Shown one piece after another: positions 28,046 through 37,488 of a DNA stretch of 64,000 nucleotides. The stretch's first letter is position 1; every line of letters begins with the position of its first letter. The stretch is taken from the NCBI GenBank assembly GCA_963665665.1, contig OY762428.1, positions 4,064,001-4,128,000 of the forward strand, in the 5' to 3' direction. Origin of the DNA: Candidatus Kapaibacterium sp. Its GTDB lineage: Bacteria > Bacteroidota > Ignavibacteria > Kapaibacteriales > UBA2268. Below the pieces are notes generated by a model that searched no databases, was not told where the DNA came from, and worked only from the letters and a program-made list of their open reading frames with translations. A program made the position numbers and the translations under genes.

Positions 28046-28824
28046 CTCCGGAACTCCGCTATATCCTTCTCTTTAATATTATAAAGGGCATCAAGGAAGT
28101 GGAGTTGCAATGTTCCGGGGCCTTCAGCTTTGACTGCCGCGATTTCGCCGCAAATACCCATAGTAAGCATTGCATGATATGAGGCATCAAGCGGGTTGCT
28201 GTTTATTCCGGCAAAAGCTCCGCATATAGCGGTAGCCGTGCAGCCCATTCCGGTAACTTTTGCCATCATAGCGTTCCCAAATGACACTTCTTTGGTTTCA
28301 TTTTCATTGATAATATAATCCTTTTCGCCGCTTATCACCATTGTAACATTTTTTTCAATAGCAAATTGTTTGGCTGAATCCACGGCCGAGTCTGAACTTT
28401 GCGTGCTGTCAACACCTTTTGTTTTGCCAAAAGAAGATGTAACTGCAAGAATTTCCGATGCATTACCTCTGATAATCGAAGGCCTGCATTCATCAATAAT
28501 TTTCATTGTTGTTTCTGTTCTCAGTTTCGTGGCTCCGGCACCTACGGGATCAAGTATTATCGGGATATTCCTTTCGCTGGCAACCTTGCCTGCTATAAGC
28601 ATTGCTTCAATCCATTTTTCGCTTAAAGTGCCGATATTGATTACTAATGAAGATGCGAAACCGGCCATTTCGGCAACTTCTTCAACGGCATGAGCCATTA
28701 CCGGCGAAGCCCCGATCGACAGAAGTGCGTTGGCTGTGTTGTTCATCACAACATAATTTGTGATGTTGTGAACAAGAGGGGAATTTTCCCTGATAGCCTT
28801 TATATCTCTATATAAATTATCCAT
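28042..28824 (-). CDS. thiM: Hydroxyethylthiazole kinase
   Basis: PLVHNITNYV, GASPVMA, INIGTL, LDPVGAGAT, RGNASEI, VTGMGC. Confidence 0.95.
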   Translation of the reverse strand: MDNLYRDIKAIRENSPLVHNITNYVVMNNTANALLSIGASPVMAHAVEEVAEMAGFASSLVINIGTLSEKWIEAMLIAGKVASERNIPIILDPVGAGATKLRTETTMKIIDECRPSIIRGNASEILAVTSSFGKTKGVDSTQSSDSAVDSAKQFAIEKNVTMVISGEKDYIINENETKEVSFGNAMMAKVTGMGCTATAICGAFAGINSNPLDASYHAMLTMGICGEIAAVKAEGPGTLQLHFLDALYNIKEKDIAEFRR

Positions 28825-28826
28825 GA

Positions 28827-29531
28827 TTATCCTTTCTTTGTTGCCCTGATTGCTACATAATCTCCTTTGTCGAAACCTTCCACAGGTTCTTCGAATTTAT
28901 TATCCGAGTATAGCGGATGTTTTGTTAGTGTTTGTGCAAACTCAAAAGCATCGAAACCGCATTTTTTCAGGAGGTCGATTTTTTCCGATGTTGTCCGCCA
29001 ATTTGCCTGAGAGACAAATTCAATCGGGTAAGCATTCGGAGGCTGTACATCAACAAGTGCAGGATGATCCCATGTTCCGATTTCCTTGGCAAGATTATAC
29101 AGAAGCGCGTAGGAACTTTCTTTAGGAACATCCAGGACAACAATTTTGCCGCCTGTTTTCAGTGCTTTAAAAGCATTCATGAAAGCTTTCTCCAGGTCTG
29201 TGATATAGCTTGGAGTGCCATTGAAAATTACAGTATCATATATTCCGATGCCAAATTCAGTATCTTCGGCTGTTCCCACTCTTACTTCCATTCCTCTTTT
29301 AATGGCAATATCCGCCATGTCTTTGGAAGGTTCAATCCCTTCCTTTATCTGAATGTTGTAATCTTTCTCAAGAATTTTTTCAAAAAGCCCGCTGCCGCAT
29401 CCAACCGATAAGGCACGCCCGGGATTGCCCGTAAAATGAGCCAGGAGTGCCGCTTCGGATTTCAGAACGTTCTCATTTGCCAAAAACCATTTGTCGTATT
29501 TTTCTGCGTATTGGTCGAAAGAATCTGCCAT
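28827..29531 (-). CDS. Class I SAM-dependent methyltransferase, first gene of the thi operon
   Basis: FDQYAEKYDKWF, LSVGCGSG motif I, LKTGGKIVV. Confidence 0.85.
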   Translation of the reverse strand: MADSFDQYAEKYDKWFLANENVLKSEAALLAHFTGNPGRALSVGCGSGLFEKILEKDYNIQIKEGIEPSKDMADIAIKRGMEVRVGTAEDTEFGIGIYDTVIFNGTPSYITDLEKAFMNAFKALKTGGKIVVLDVPKESSYALLYNLAKEIGTWDHPALVDVQPPNAYPIEFVSQANWRTTSEKIDLLKKCGFDAFEFAQTLTKHPLYSDNKFEEPVEGFDKGDYVAIRATKKG

Positions 29532-29550
29532 ATCAATTCCATAAATTATT

Positions 29551-29678
29551 AATAAAATAAAAAAAACCGCTTTCGCGGAAAACGGCAGGTGTTATAATCC
29601 GTTTTCCTACAAGGCTATTACGCCGACAGGTTCGAGGGTGCATTCTCAGCCATTATTCATTAGCGCCCCTAACGAATC
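29551..29678 (-). promoter_or_regulatory. TPP (THI-box) riboswitch with terminator/antiterminator platform
   Basis: Minus strand AGGGGCGC..GCTGAGA..CACCC..GAACCTG..TAAT..GTAGGAA; P1 AUUCGUU/AACGGAU; CCGC-GAAA-GCGG-U8 terminator; upstream of thiMELD-tenA. Confidence 0.88.
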
Positions 29679-29706
29679 TTTACAAATTTATAAAATTTAG
29701 CTGCAA

Positions 29707-29737
29707 CAAAAAAATCCTGCCTGTAATTGGCAGGATT
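29707..29737 (-). terminator. Intrinsic terminator of mscS
   Basis: AATCCTGCC...GGCAGGATT stem followed by a U-tract on the minus strand. Confidence 0.8.
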
Positions 29738-29772
29738 GAATATAAACATACCTTTTTTGGGGCAGTAGCTTA

Positions 29773-30588
29773 TCAATTATTTCCGATAATATGAACATCC
29801 TGCTGCGGGAATGGTATGGAAATACCTGCTGCGTCCATTTCATTTTTAACTTTTTCGTTAGTATCGAAAAATACAGCCCAGTAATCGGTGGCGTTTACCC
29901 AGGCACGGACAACAAAATTGACCGAGCTGTCCGCAAGTTCTGATACCGCTACGAAAGGTTCCGGATCTTTCAGAATTCTTTCATCTTCATTCACAATACG
30001 AAGCAGCAGATCTTTAGCCTTTTTAATATCGTCGTCATATCCAATTCCGAAAACAAAGTCCACACGGCGTTTGTCCTCGGTGGAAAAATTTGTTATCGGG
30101 CTGGCAGCCAACGGTCCGTTTGGGAGAATAATTGTTTTGTTATCCGGTGTTTTCATTACTGTATTGAAAACCTGGATAGAATTTACTGCCCCGGTAAAAC
30201 CCTGTGCCTCTACAACATCTCCGACTTTGAAAGGTTTGAATAGCAGTATTAAAACTCCACCTGCAAAATTTGAAAGGCTACCCTGCAGAGCCATACCAAT
30301 GGCAAAACCTGCTGCGGCAAGTATTGCCACAAATGATGTGGTTTCAACTCCAACCATTGATATTACACTAAGGACAAGCAAAAGTTTAAGAATGATATTA
30401 ACCAGGCTTTTCAGGAAATTCCTTAGAGATACATCAGTATTCTTCTTATCCATGGTTTTTTCTACTAAACTGGTTACCCAGTTAACAATCTTCAAACCAA
30501 TGAAAAGTGTAACTAAGGCAAGAAGAAGATTCGGAGCCCAGGCAACGATGAGTTTTATAATATAATCTGCGTACATGTCTAAATTCAT
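29773..30588 (-). CDS. mscS: Small-conductance mechanosensitive channel
   Basis: AIGMALQGSLSNFAGG, KPFKVGD, RRVD, ELADSSVNF, ISIPFPQ. Confidence 0.93.
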   Translation of the reverse strand: MNLDMYADYIIKLIVAWAPNLLLALVTLFIGLKIVNWVTSLVEKTMDKKNTDVSLRNFLKSLVNIILKLLLVLSVISMVGVETTSFVAILAAAGFAIGMALQGSLSNFAGGVLILLFKPFKVGDVVEAQGFTGAVNSIQVFNTVMKTPDNKTIILPNGPLAASPITNFSTEDKRRVDFVFGIGYDDDIKKAKDLLLRIVNEDERILKDPEPFVAVSELADSSVNFVVRAWVNATDYWAVFFDTNEKVKNEMDAAGISIPFPQQDVHIIGNN

Positions 30589-30614
30589 TATAGCACCTTT
30601 ATAGTTATTAATTC

Positions 30615-31457
30615 TTAAAATATGTTATAAGTAAAGCCAAGCTGAAGAGCCTGCTTGATCTGTGTTTCAATTGATTGTGATTTTTCATAGATAACCAGAA
30701 CAGTTAAATTTACATTTATGTATTTGTTTACCTGCGCTGTTATAGCGTTGTCCCAGCGTACATCCCATGTATCCATTCTGTCGAAAGCCGAAAAAAGTCT
30801 TAGCTTGCTTTTTAAAAGCATGTTGTCATCCAGTGTAAATTCAGCATCTGTAACAGATTCGATACCGGTTTCGAATTTGAAAGATTCAATTTCATCTTCT
30901 GTGTCGGGGTCGTCCGTGTATCCGGTATATTCGTTGGCAAACGTTTCCTGAAATGCCAAACCAATCCTGGATTTGAATGATTCCATTTTATCATAAGTAA
31001 AACCAATCGACTGAGTAATATATCCCGGATCGAATATATTGGCAATTTCTACTTTTGTATTACCATCGTATTGGTAGCCCGGTGCAACAGCTGTTCTTAC
31101 CGTGTTCGAAAAGAATGGGTCAACAGCCCAACCCAGCTTGTGTGAAAGAACTGATTCAAGATATATCTCATTGTCATTGGTTTTAAAATTCTCATCGCCA
31201 AGTTTTGTCTGCCCGTAGGCAATTTTCAGGCTGTTGGTGAATGTCCAGCTTTCAGTTTTGTGGTTAAGGCCGAAATTCCCGACAAGGCTGTAAGTGATAG
31301 AATTATCACCGCCCTGAGTCCAGTTGCTGAAGGCTATCTGGCTAATGTTTATTCCTGCAACTCCTTTGGGTATCCATTTCCCGAGAGTTGAATCCTGCTC
31401 CTTTTGGGCAAAAAGCAGTATTGGTGTGATGAAAAAAATCAGTAATAGTTTTTTCAT
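30615..31457 (-). CDS. DUF3078-type outer-membrane beta-barrel protein
   Basis: Signal peptide, SQIAFSNWTQGG, terminal LGFTYNIF. Confidence 0.8.
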   Translation of the reverse strand: MKKLLLIFFITPILLFAQKEQDSTLGKWIPKGVAGINISQIAFSNWTQGGDNSITYSLVGNFGLNHKTESWTFTNSLKIAYGQTKLGDENFKTNDNEIYLESVLSHKLGWAVDPFFSNTVRTAVAPGYQYDGNTKVEIANIFDPGYITQSIGFTYDKMESFKSRIGLAFQETFANEYTGYTDDPDTEDEIESFKFETGIESVTDAEFTLDDNMLLKSKLRLFSAFDRMDTWDVRWDNAITAQVNKYINVNLTVLVIYEKSQSIETQIKQALQLGFTYNIF

Positions 31458-31873
31458 AGTATCTTCCTTAAATCCATATATTTATAAAATCATAAAATAT
31501 TAATTCCCGTATTTGTCCTTATTAACGAAAAAACTGTTCATGTATTATGATTATATTAAAAATCAGTGGTTTTACTTAATTCATATTTGAATCTTTAAAC
31601 AATATTTAGTAATTTAATATTAATTATTTGAAGCAGATGTTTAAGTTAATCATTGTTATAGTATTATCAATAACTACAATTTTTATAATAAAATCACATA
31701 CTGAAATGGAAAGAAAACTTTCACTAATCAATCCAGGTGAAATCTGGTTGAAAAATACCAAAAAAAATGAAGATAAAATGACAATGGAGAATAAATTTTA
31801 AAAATTCTGCGACCAAATTTGATTTTTTTTGTTATTATAGTCAGAGATATTTGATACTACAACGGGGAGAATT

Positions 31874-33103
31874 ATGAGTTTTAGATTTTCAGTTTATTTA
31901 TTAGCTTCAATTTTACTATTATTCTTCTTTTACGAAGCCGGGGCGGCGATTCCTTTCATCCAAAGCAAAACACAATTCTATTGGAGGGACGGGAACTGGA
32001 AGCCCAACGACAGGAAACGTTACTATTACGATTCCTTATCACGGGAAAAACACGTATTCTATGATTTTTTCGAGAACGGAATTTGGAATGAAAGAAGCCT
32101 TGAAGATTATTATTACTATCCTGACGGCAAAGCCTGCCGGCTTGATAAATACAAAATTGATAATAATGTAAAAAACAGGAAGAATCGGGTTGTTTATGAA
32201 TATTATGATTGCGGGGTAACAAAGTCGGAAATTTACTATTCTGCTGTAAGTTCAGGGTGGGCAGAGACTTTTAAATGGGAATATACAATTGACGATAATT
32301 GCTGTAAGAGTTTTGAATATTATTATCAAAAAGAAGATACGCTCTGGAAGCCAATTATCAAAAATATCAATAATTATAGCCGAAAAAATGTTTTGGATAA
32401 TTATATTTCCCAGATTAAGGATGAATTTGGATACTGGACTAATTCTGAGAAAAAAAATTATGTGTATGATTCTCTTGGAAGGATAGCACTTTCCTACTGG
32501 CAGGTTTGGAAAGATGATGCCTGGAATGATGATGAATTAAGAGAATATTCTTATAACGAAAATGGGCTCTTAGACTCTATCGTTTATAGTAAATATAGGG
32601 ATAGTGCATGGACTTGGAATTATAGAAATATTATTTTATATAATGAATTCAGGCAGATAAAAGATAAACTAACCGATAAATATGTTGATGGCAAATGGCT
32701 GCAGGATACAAAAATAATTAACGATTTTTCAAGGGATACTCTCCTTTGTGAAACTCACTATTACTTTGCAGACGGAGAGTGGGTAAAATCAACGAAGTAT
32801 TATTATGAATTCGGAGACCCTCCGATAGCTGATATTCCACAAAAGGATAATATGGAATTCCATGTCTTCCCGGTTCCGGCATCGGATTTTATCAACATTC
32901 AGGTAAGAACAGATGATTCGGTAACTGGAATTATTAAAATTATTGATATTGACGGGCGAATGAGAATAATACAAAAATCATTTTCCTCAGGATGCGGTAT
33001 GCATATTGAAAAAATTGATATTTCCTCGATGCCGGCAGGAGTATATCAGCTGATATATCAATGTGGAAATAAAAAATATCGAAGAATGTTCATAAAAATA
33101 TAA
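31874..33103 (+). CDS. Secreted repeat protein (W..K..Y.YD..G repeats) with T9SS C-terminal domain
   Basis: Trp/Tyr-rich repeats of ~27-30 aa; FPVPASD...DIDGR...MPAGVY. Confidence 0.8.
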   Translation: MSFRFSVYLLASILLLFFFYEAGAAIPFIQSKTQFYWRDGNWKPNDRKRYYYDSLSREKHVFYDFFENGIWNERSLEDYYYYPDGKACRLDKYKIDNNVKNRKNRVVYEYYDCGVTKSEIYYSAVSSGWAETFKWEYTIDDNCCKSFEYYYQKEDTLWKPIIKNINNYSRKNVLDNYISQIKDEFGYWTNSEKKNYVYDSLGRIALSYWQVWKDDAWNDDELREYSYNENGLLDSIVYSKYRDSAWTWNYRNIILYNEFRQIKDKLTDKYVDGKWLQDTKIINDFSRDTLLCETHYYFADGEWVKSTKYYYEFGDPPIADIPQKDNMEFHVFPVPASDFINIQVRTDDSVTGIIKIIDIDGRMRIIQKSFSSGCGMHIEKIDISSMPAGVYQLIYQCGNKKYRRMFIKI

Positions 33104-33233
33104 ATTTCGGAGTTCTGTACTAACAACGAAATTTTCCAGTACAGGTTGCGGAAAAAGCAATTTTACAAATACTATTCTACCTGAAAATTATTAAATTGCA
33201 TAATATTGAATGTAATTATTAAAGGGTAATAAA

Positions 33234-34145
33234 ATAGAAGAATATCTTGCAATATTTAATCCCGTTTCCGGCAGGGGAGAGGTAAAACACAATTTTGAAA
33301 AGATCTGCTCTGAATTTAATAAACTTAAAATTCCATTTTATCCTGTACTAACTGAATTTCCCGGCCATGCCGCTGATATTGCTGAGCAAGAAGCCCGAAA
33401 AGGGCGGGACAAATTCATCATTATTGGTGGGGACGGTACTATGAACCAGGCCTTGAACGGATTTATGAAATCAGGATCTGACAAGAGAATTACTATCGGA
33501 ATGATACCTTCCGGAACGGGAAATGATTGGGCAAGGTATCACAATATTCCAAATGATTTTATCCGGGCTTCAGAAATAATTGCCAATAACAAAACTAAAC
33601 CGCACGATATTGGCCTGGTAATATCCTCTGATAAAACTGAGGAGAGAAGATATTTCATGAATATGGCAGGGATTGGATTTGATTCCGTAGTTGCCGACAG
33701 GGTTAATATTCTTAAAGAAAGCGGAAAGGCCGGCACAGCTTCATATTTCAAAACTATAATTAAAAGCCTTGTTTCAGCGAAGTCAGATCCTTATACAATT
33801 ACACTTGATGGTATTGAATTCAACAGAGATGTATTCAGCATGAGTATCGGGATTTGTTCTTATAACGGCGGGGGAATGAAACAGGCCCCGGATGCAATTT
33901 TTGACGATGGCTTGTTCGATGTGGTAATTATTAACACACTCAGCTGGTGGGGAATAGTAACTAATCTGCCCAAACTGTTCTCCGGCTCGCATGTAAAGCA
34001 TAGTGCTGTTGAGGTATTCAGGGCGAAAAATATTAAGATTGAAACCAGCGATAAAAACTTCCTGGAAACTGAAGGAGAAGTTTTTACAGGCCAGCCTTAT
34101 AAATTGGAAATTTTGCCAAATGCTGTTGATGTTTTAGTTCCCTGA
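33234..34145 (+). CDS. Diacylglycerol kinase family lipid kinase (YegS/DgkB-like); start uncertain
   Basis: In-frame NPVSG (33258) and GGDGT lie upstream of the first ATG (33441); IPSGTGNDWA, FMNMAGIGFD, YNGGGM. Confidence 0.85.
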   Translation: MEEYLAIFNPVSGRGEVKHNFEKICSEFNKLKIPFYPVLTEFPGHAADIAEQEARKGRDKFIIIGGDGTMNQALNGFMKSGSDKRITIGMIPSGTGNDWARYHNIPNDFIRASEIIANNKTKPHDIGLVISSDKTEERRYFMNMAGIGFDSVVADRVNILKESGKAGTASYFKTIIKSLVSAKSDPYTITLDGIEFNRDVFSMSIGICSYNGGGMKQAPDAIFDDGLFDVVIINTLSWWGIVTNLPKLFSGSHVKHSAVEVFRAKNIKIETSDKNFLETEGEVFTGQPYKLEILPNAVDVLVP

Positions 34146-35462
34146 CCTGTATATTTCAGGTAACTCTTTCTTGTTTTCAATTCCCAGTTCCCTAATCGCT
34201 TCAACCTTATCAGTAATACATCCTTTGCCGCCGCTTATCCTTAATTCGGCAGACCGGCAGAGCTCGTCTGCCTGGGAAATTTTTTCATGTATCTTTGAAA
34301 TATCATTTAAAACAAGGATTATCTTGTCGTACAAAGCACCGCTCATCTCAGCAATTTTTCGGGCATTTTCTGTCTGCCGGGATTTTTGCCACAAAATATT
34401 TATCAATTTAAGAGATGCCAGGAGTGCAGAAGGGCCGCAAATGATAATATTTTTTGCGGCAGCATAGGATATCAGCCCGGGATCGAATTTTATTGCTGCC
34501 TGAATTGCCGGCTCTACAGGCATGAACATTAGTACGATATCAACAGAGTTTAATTCATTAATATCAGGGTAGGATTTTGCTGCCAGTTCGTCCACGTGCC
34601 TGATAATTGATTTGCCATGTTCGCTGAGGAATTCCTTTTTTCCTGTAGAGCTGTATCTTTCATAAGCAGTTAATGATACTTTGGAATCAATAATTAATTG
34701 CCGGTTAGCTGGTAGGTTTACAATTGCGTCAGGCCGGAGACGCTTGTTTCCTTTTATTGTGAAAGAAGGCTGAATAAGATAGTCCCTGTTTCTTTCAAGG
34801 CCAGCAAATTCAAGAATTTTCTCAAGAATTATTTCTCCCCATGCACCCTGCTTTTGGCTGTCGCCCTTCAGGGCCTTAGTAAGGTTTTCAGCGTCGCCAG
34901 ATACTTTAGCCGTAATTTCTCCAAGTTGTTGAATCTCTGTTTTCAGAGTAGCTCTTTCAAGAGCTTCCCTGTGGAATTTGTCTTCAATATCTTTATTAAA
35001 AGCATTAATACTGTCCTTCAATGGATTTAGTATCGTGCTGATCTTTTCTTCACTGACAGACAAAAGTTGTTTGCTTTTTTTATCCAGGATTTCCGTAGCA
35101 AGATTGCTGAATCCTTCCCGCATCCGTTTTTCAATGTCTTTGATTTTTTCCGATTCCTTATCCAGGGCATAGATTGCATTTTCAAGTTCTTTGTCTTTGG
35201 AAGCCAGTAGATTACTAAGTTCCAGAATGGCTGACTGATTCTTTTTCAGTTCATTTTCATTTTTATTATTCAGTTCTTTCAAAATTCTGTTTTCTTCTTC
35301 AAGCCTGGCTTTGTTTTCTTTAAGAGCAATTATATCCTTTAGTACCCCCTCGTGAATTTCACGTGCAACAAATTCCCCGCCGGGCTTCTGCTTAAATACA
35401 AATCTTGCAAGTATCCATCCAGTTGCGGCACTGATGATAGCGGCTAATATCAATGTTTCCAT
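34134..35462 (-). CDS. rmuC: DNA recombination protein RmuC
   Basis: LTKALKGDSQKQGAWGE, RPDAIV, IDSKVSL, LMFMPVE. Confidence 0.92.
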   Translation of the reverse strand: METLILAAIISAATGWILARFVFKQKPGGEFVAREIHEGVLKDIIALKENKARLEEENRILKELNNKNENELKKNQSAILELSNLLASKDKELENAIYALDKESEKIKDIEKRMREGFSNLATEILDKKSKQLLSVSEEKISTILNPLKDSINAFNKDIEDKFHREALERATLKTEIQQLGEITAKVSGDAENLTKALKGDSQKQGAWGEIILEKILEFAGLERNRDYLIQPSFTIKGNKRLRPDAIVNLPANRQLIIDSKVSLTAYERYSSTGKKEFLSEHGKSIIRHVDELAAKSYPDINELNSVDIVLMFMPVEPAIQAAIKFDPGLISYAAAKNIIICGPSALLASLKLINILWQKSRQTENARKIAEMSGALYDKIILVLNDISKIHEKISQADELCRSAELRISGGKGCITDKVEAIRELGIENKKELPEIYRSGN

Positions 35463-36757
35463 CAGCGGCCCTTTACCATTGATAAAATTATCGCCGGTTC
35501 AGTCCTGTTTCTGTAATCCGGGTCGATATGTGAATAAATTATCACTCCATCGCTGTTTATTAAATATGTGGCAGTAACCGGAAGCCTGAAATTATCTATA
35601 CCGTTAATATCTTTAATATCAATTATTCCTTCATATTCCTTTGCCATAATTTCCGGCATTTTGTATTCAATACCAAATAAACGGGCAATTTTATTGTTCT
35701 TATCTCTTATAAGCTTATATCCAAAATTATTTCTCAGGTTAAAATTCTGCAGGTAATTTGATTTCTCCGGACAGAGTGCAAAAATCTTTATTCCATTTTT
35801 TTCAAAATCGGAAAAATATTCCTGGTAGGCATGCATTTGAATTTCACTGTAAGGACACCAGCTCCCCCTATACCAGAATAGCAGTACATAAGAATTGTTC
35901 AGTTGCGCTTTGATGTCAAATGGATTGCCGAATATCCCGGTCATTGTAAACTCGGGTATTGTATCGCCTGCCCTTAAGCATTGAGACAATATCCCTGACA
36001 AAGTTATTTCAGCAATACCGGTATTAAAATTGAAAACAGTTTCGGGTGAAACTCTTTTTTCCCAGTCATATTTGTATTTGTCGAGTCTTTCCTGTAATGA
36101 TTTATCCCGAATATAAATCTTATTTCCAAGAAATTTGGGTTGCTTTCCTATCAGAAAATCAATAAATACTTTAACACGGGCAAACAACTCTCTAACATTT
36201 GTTTTAAAACCGTAATAGGCGCTTACTCCGGAAGCATTGTATCCAATGGCACGTATACCGTTTTTTCTGGCAATAAAAACCGCACGCTTGTTGTGAAATT
36301 CCTGTGAAATAACGGTATAGGTGAATTGTGAAAATATTTCCCTTGCCCTGATAATGGCATCAAGAGTTCTGAACCCGGCATAGTCCTCGTATATCCTTGT
36401 TGCCGGAACTCCAAGAGAAATTAATTCCTTTTTCATTTGCCGGGGTTCATTGTAATTCGCAGCAGCATTATCTCCGGAAACAATTATATAATCAATTTTT
36501 CCTGCACTGTAAAGTTTATAAGCAGCTCGAATCCTGTTCCTGAAATACAGGTTAATATTTCCATTCGTTAAGTATTTACTTGTCCCGAGAAGAAGCCCTG
36601 TCCTGTTATAAGGTATTTCATTTATATCGCTATAAATATATTTTTCGGAGAACTTGTTAATATACACATTGGATAATAATACTACCCCTGTTATCACTAT
36701 AAGGCTCAGCAGCGCTGCAATACCAATCCTTTTAATATATTTTAATCCTCTTTTCAT
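35462..36757 (-). CDS. Fusion of SanA/ElyC (DUF218) and AhpC/TSA peroxiredoxin-like domains
   Basis: LLLGTSKY, SGDN, YAGFRTLD, SQEFHNKRA, then GDTIPEF, YRGSWCPYS, LPVTATY, DYRNRTEP. Confidence 0.85.
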   Translation of the reverse strand: MKRGLKYIKRIGIAALLSLIVITGVVLLSNVYINKFSEKYIYSDINEIPYNRTGLLLGTSKYLTNGNINLYFRNRIRAAYKLYSAGKIDYIIVSGDNAAANYNEPRQMKKELISLGVPATRIYEDYAGFRTLDAIIRAREIFSQFTYTVISQEFHNKRAVFIARKNGIRAIGYNASGVSAYYGFKTNVRELFARVKVFIDFLIGKQPKFLGNKIYIRDKSLQERLDKYKYDWEKRVSPETVFNFNTGIAEITLSGILSQCLRAGDTIPEFTMTGIFGNPFDIKAQLNNSYVLLFWYRGSWCPYSEIQMHAYQEYFSDFEKNGIKIFALCPEKSNYLQNFNLRNNFGYKLIRDKNNKIARLFGIEYKMPEIMAKEYEGIIDIKDINGIDNFRLPVTATYLINSDGVIIYSHIDPDYRNRTEPAIILSMVKGR

Positions 36758-36929
36758 ACTTAAAGATATGAAATAATAAATTAATTTGAAAAATTATCAA
36801 CAAATTTAACTTCCGGAGAACAATATATTTCTGCATTTAAGATTTATCTTGCAGATTAAATTAATCTTATTAATTTATATCTATTGAAAATTTCAATAAG
36901 TTATGTAATTATTTAATTAATAAATCAAC

Positions 36930-37409
36930 ATGCAAATAAAATTTTCGCCCATAGGAATTATTAAAACTCCATTTATATCAAAAGAAGGTATGCCCATTCA
37001 GCCGGGAGGTGCTGAAGGGATAAAAGGTGAAATAGAAATTTTTCCGGAATTTGTACCGGGCCTGGCAGACCTTGATGGTTTTTCGCATATTATTCTGCTT
37101 TATCATTTTCACGAATCCAATGGATTTGATCTGAAAGTGAAGCCTTTTCTTGATAAAAAACAAAGGGGAGTATTTTCCACCAGGGCACCAAAAAGGCCAA
37201 ATCCAATCGGACTTTCGGTTGTTAAACTGATTGAGATAAGAAATAATATTTTAGTTGTTGAAAATATCGATATTCTGGATAAAACTCCACTTATGGATAT
37301 TAAACCATATATACCGGCTTTTGATATACATAAAAGTGAAAAATATGGCTGGATAGAGAACAGAACGAAGGACCTGGACAAAATAAAATCAGATAACAGA
37401 TTCAGATAA
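36930..37409 (+). CDS. tsaA: tRNA (N6-threonylcarbamoyladenosine-37) N6-methyltransferase TrmO/TsaA
   Basis: GFSHIILLYHFH, RGVFSTRAPKRPNPIGLS, DIKPY. Confidence 0.92.
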   Translation: MQIKFSPIGIIKTPFISKEGMPIQPGGAEGIKGEIEIFPEFVPGLADLDGFSHIILLYHFHESNGFDLKVKPFLDKKQRGVFSTRAPKRPNPIGLSVVKLIEIRNNILVVENIDILDKTPLMDIKPYIPAFDIHKSEKYGWIENRTKDLDKIKSDNRFR

Positions 37410-37436
37410 TTGAAACAGCCAATAATATATACCAAA

Positions 37437-37467
37437 CAAGGCCGGTTTTCAAAAAAAACCGGCCTTG
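37437..37467. terminator. Hairpin between convergent genes
   Basis: CAAGGCCGGTTTT...AAAACCGGCCTTG. Confidence 0.7.
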
Positions 37468-37488
37468 ATCTGAATAAAATAGAATTAA

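Noticed and set aside
29888-30565. Long antisense ORFs, e.g. 225 aa opposite mscS, 201 aa opposite xseA, 158 aa opposite thiD
   Set aside because: Antisense shadows of well-supported genes with no independent motifs
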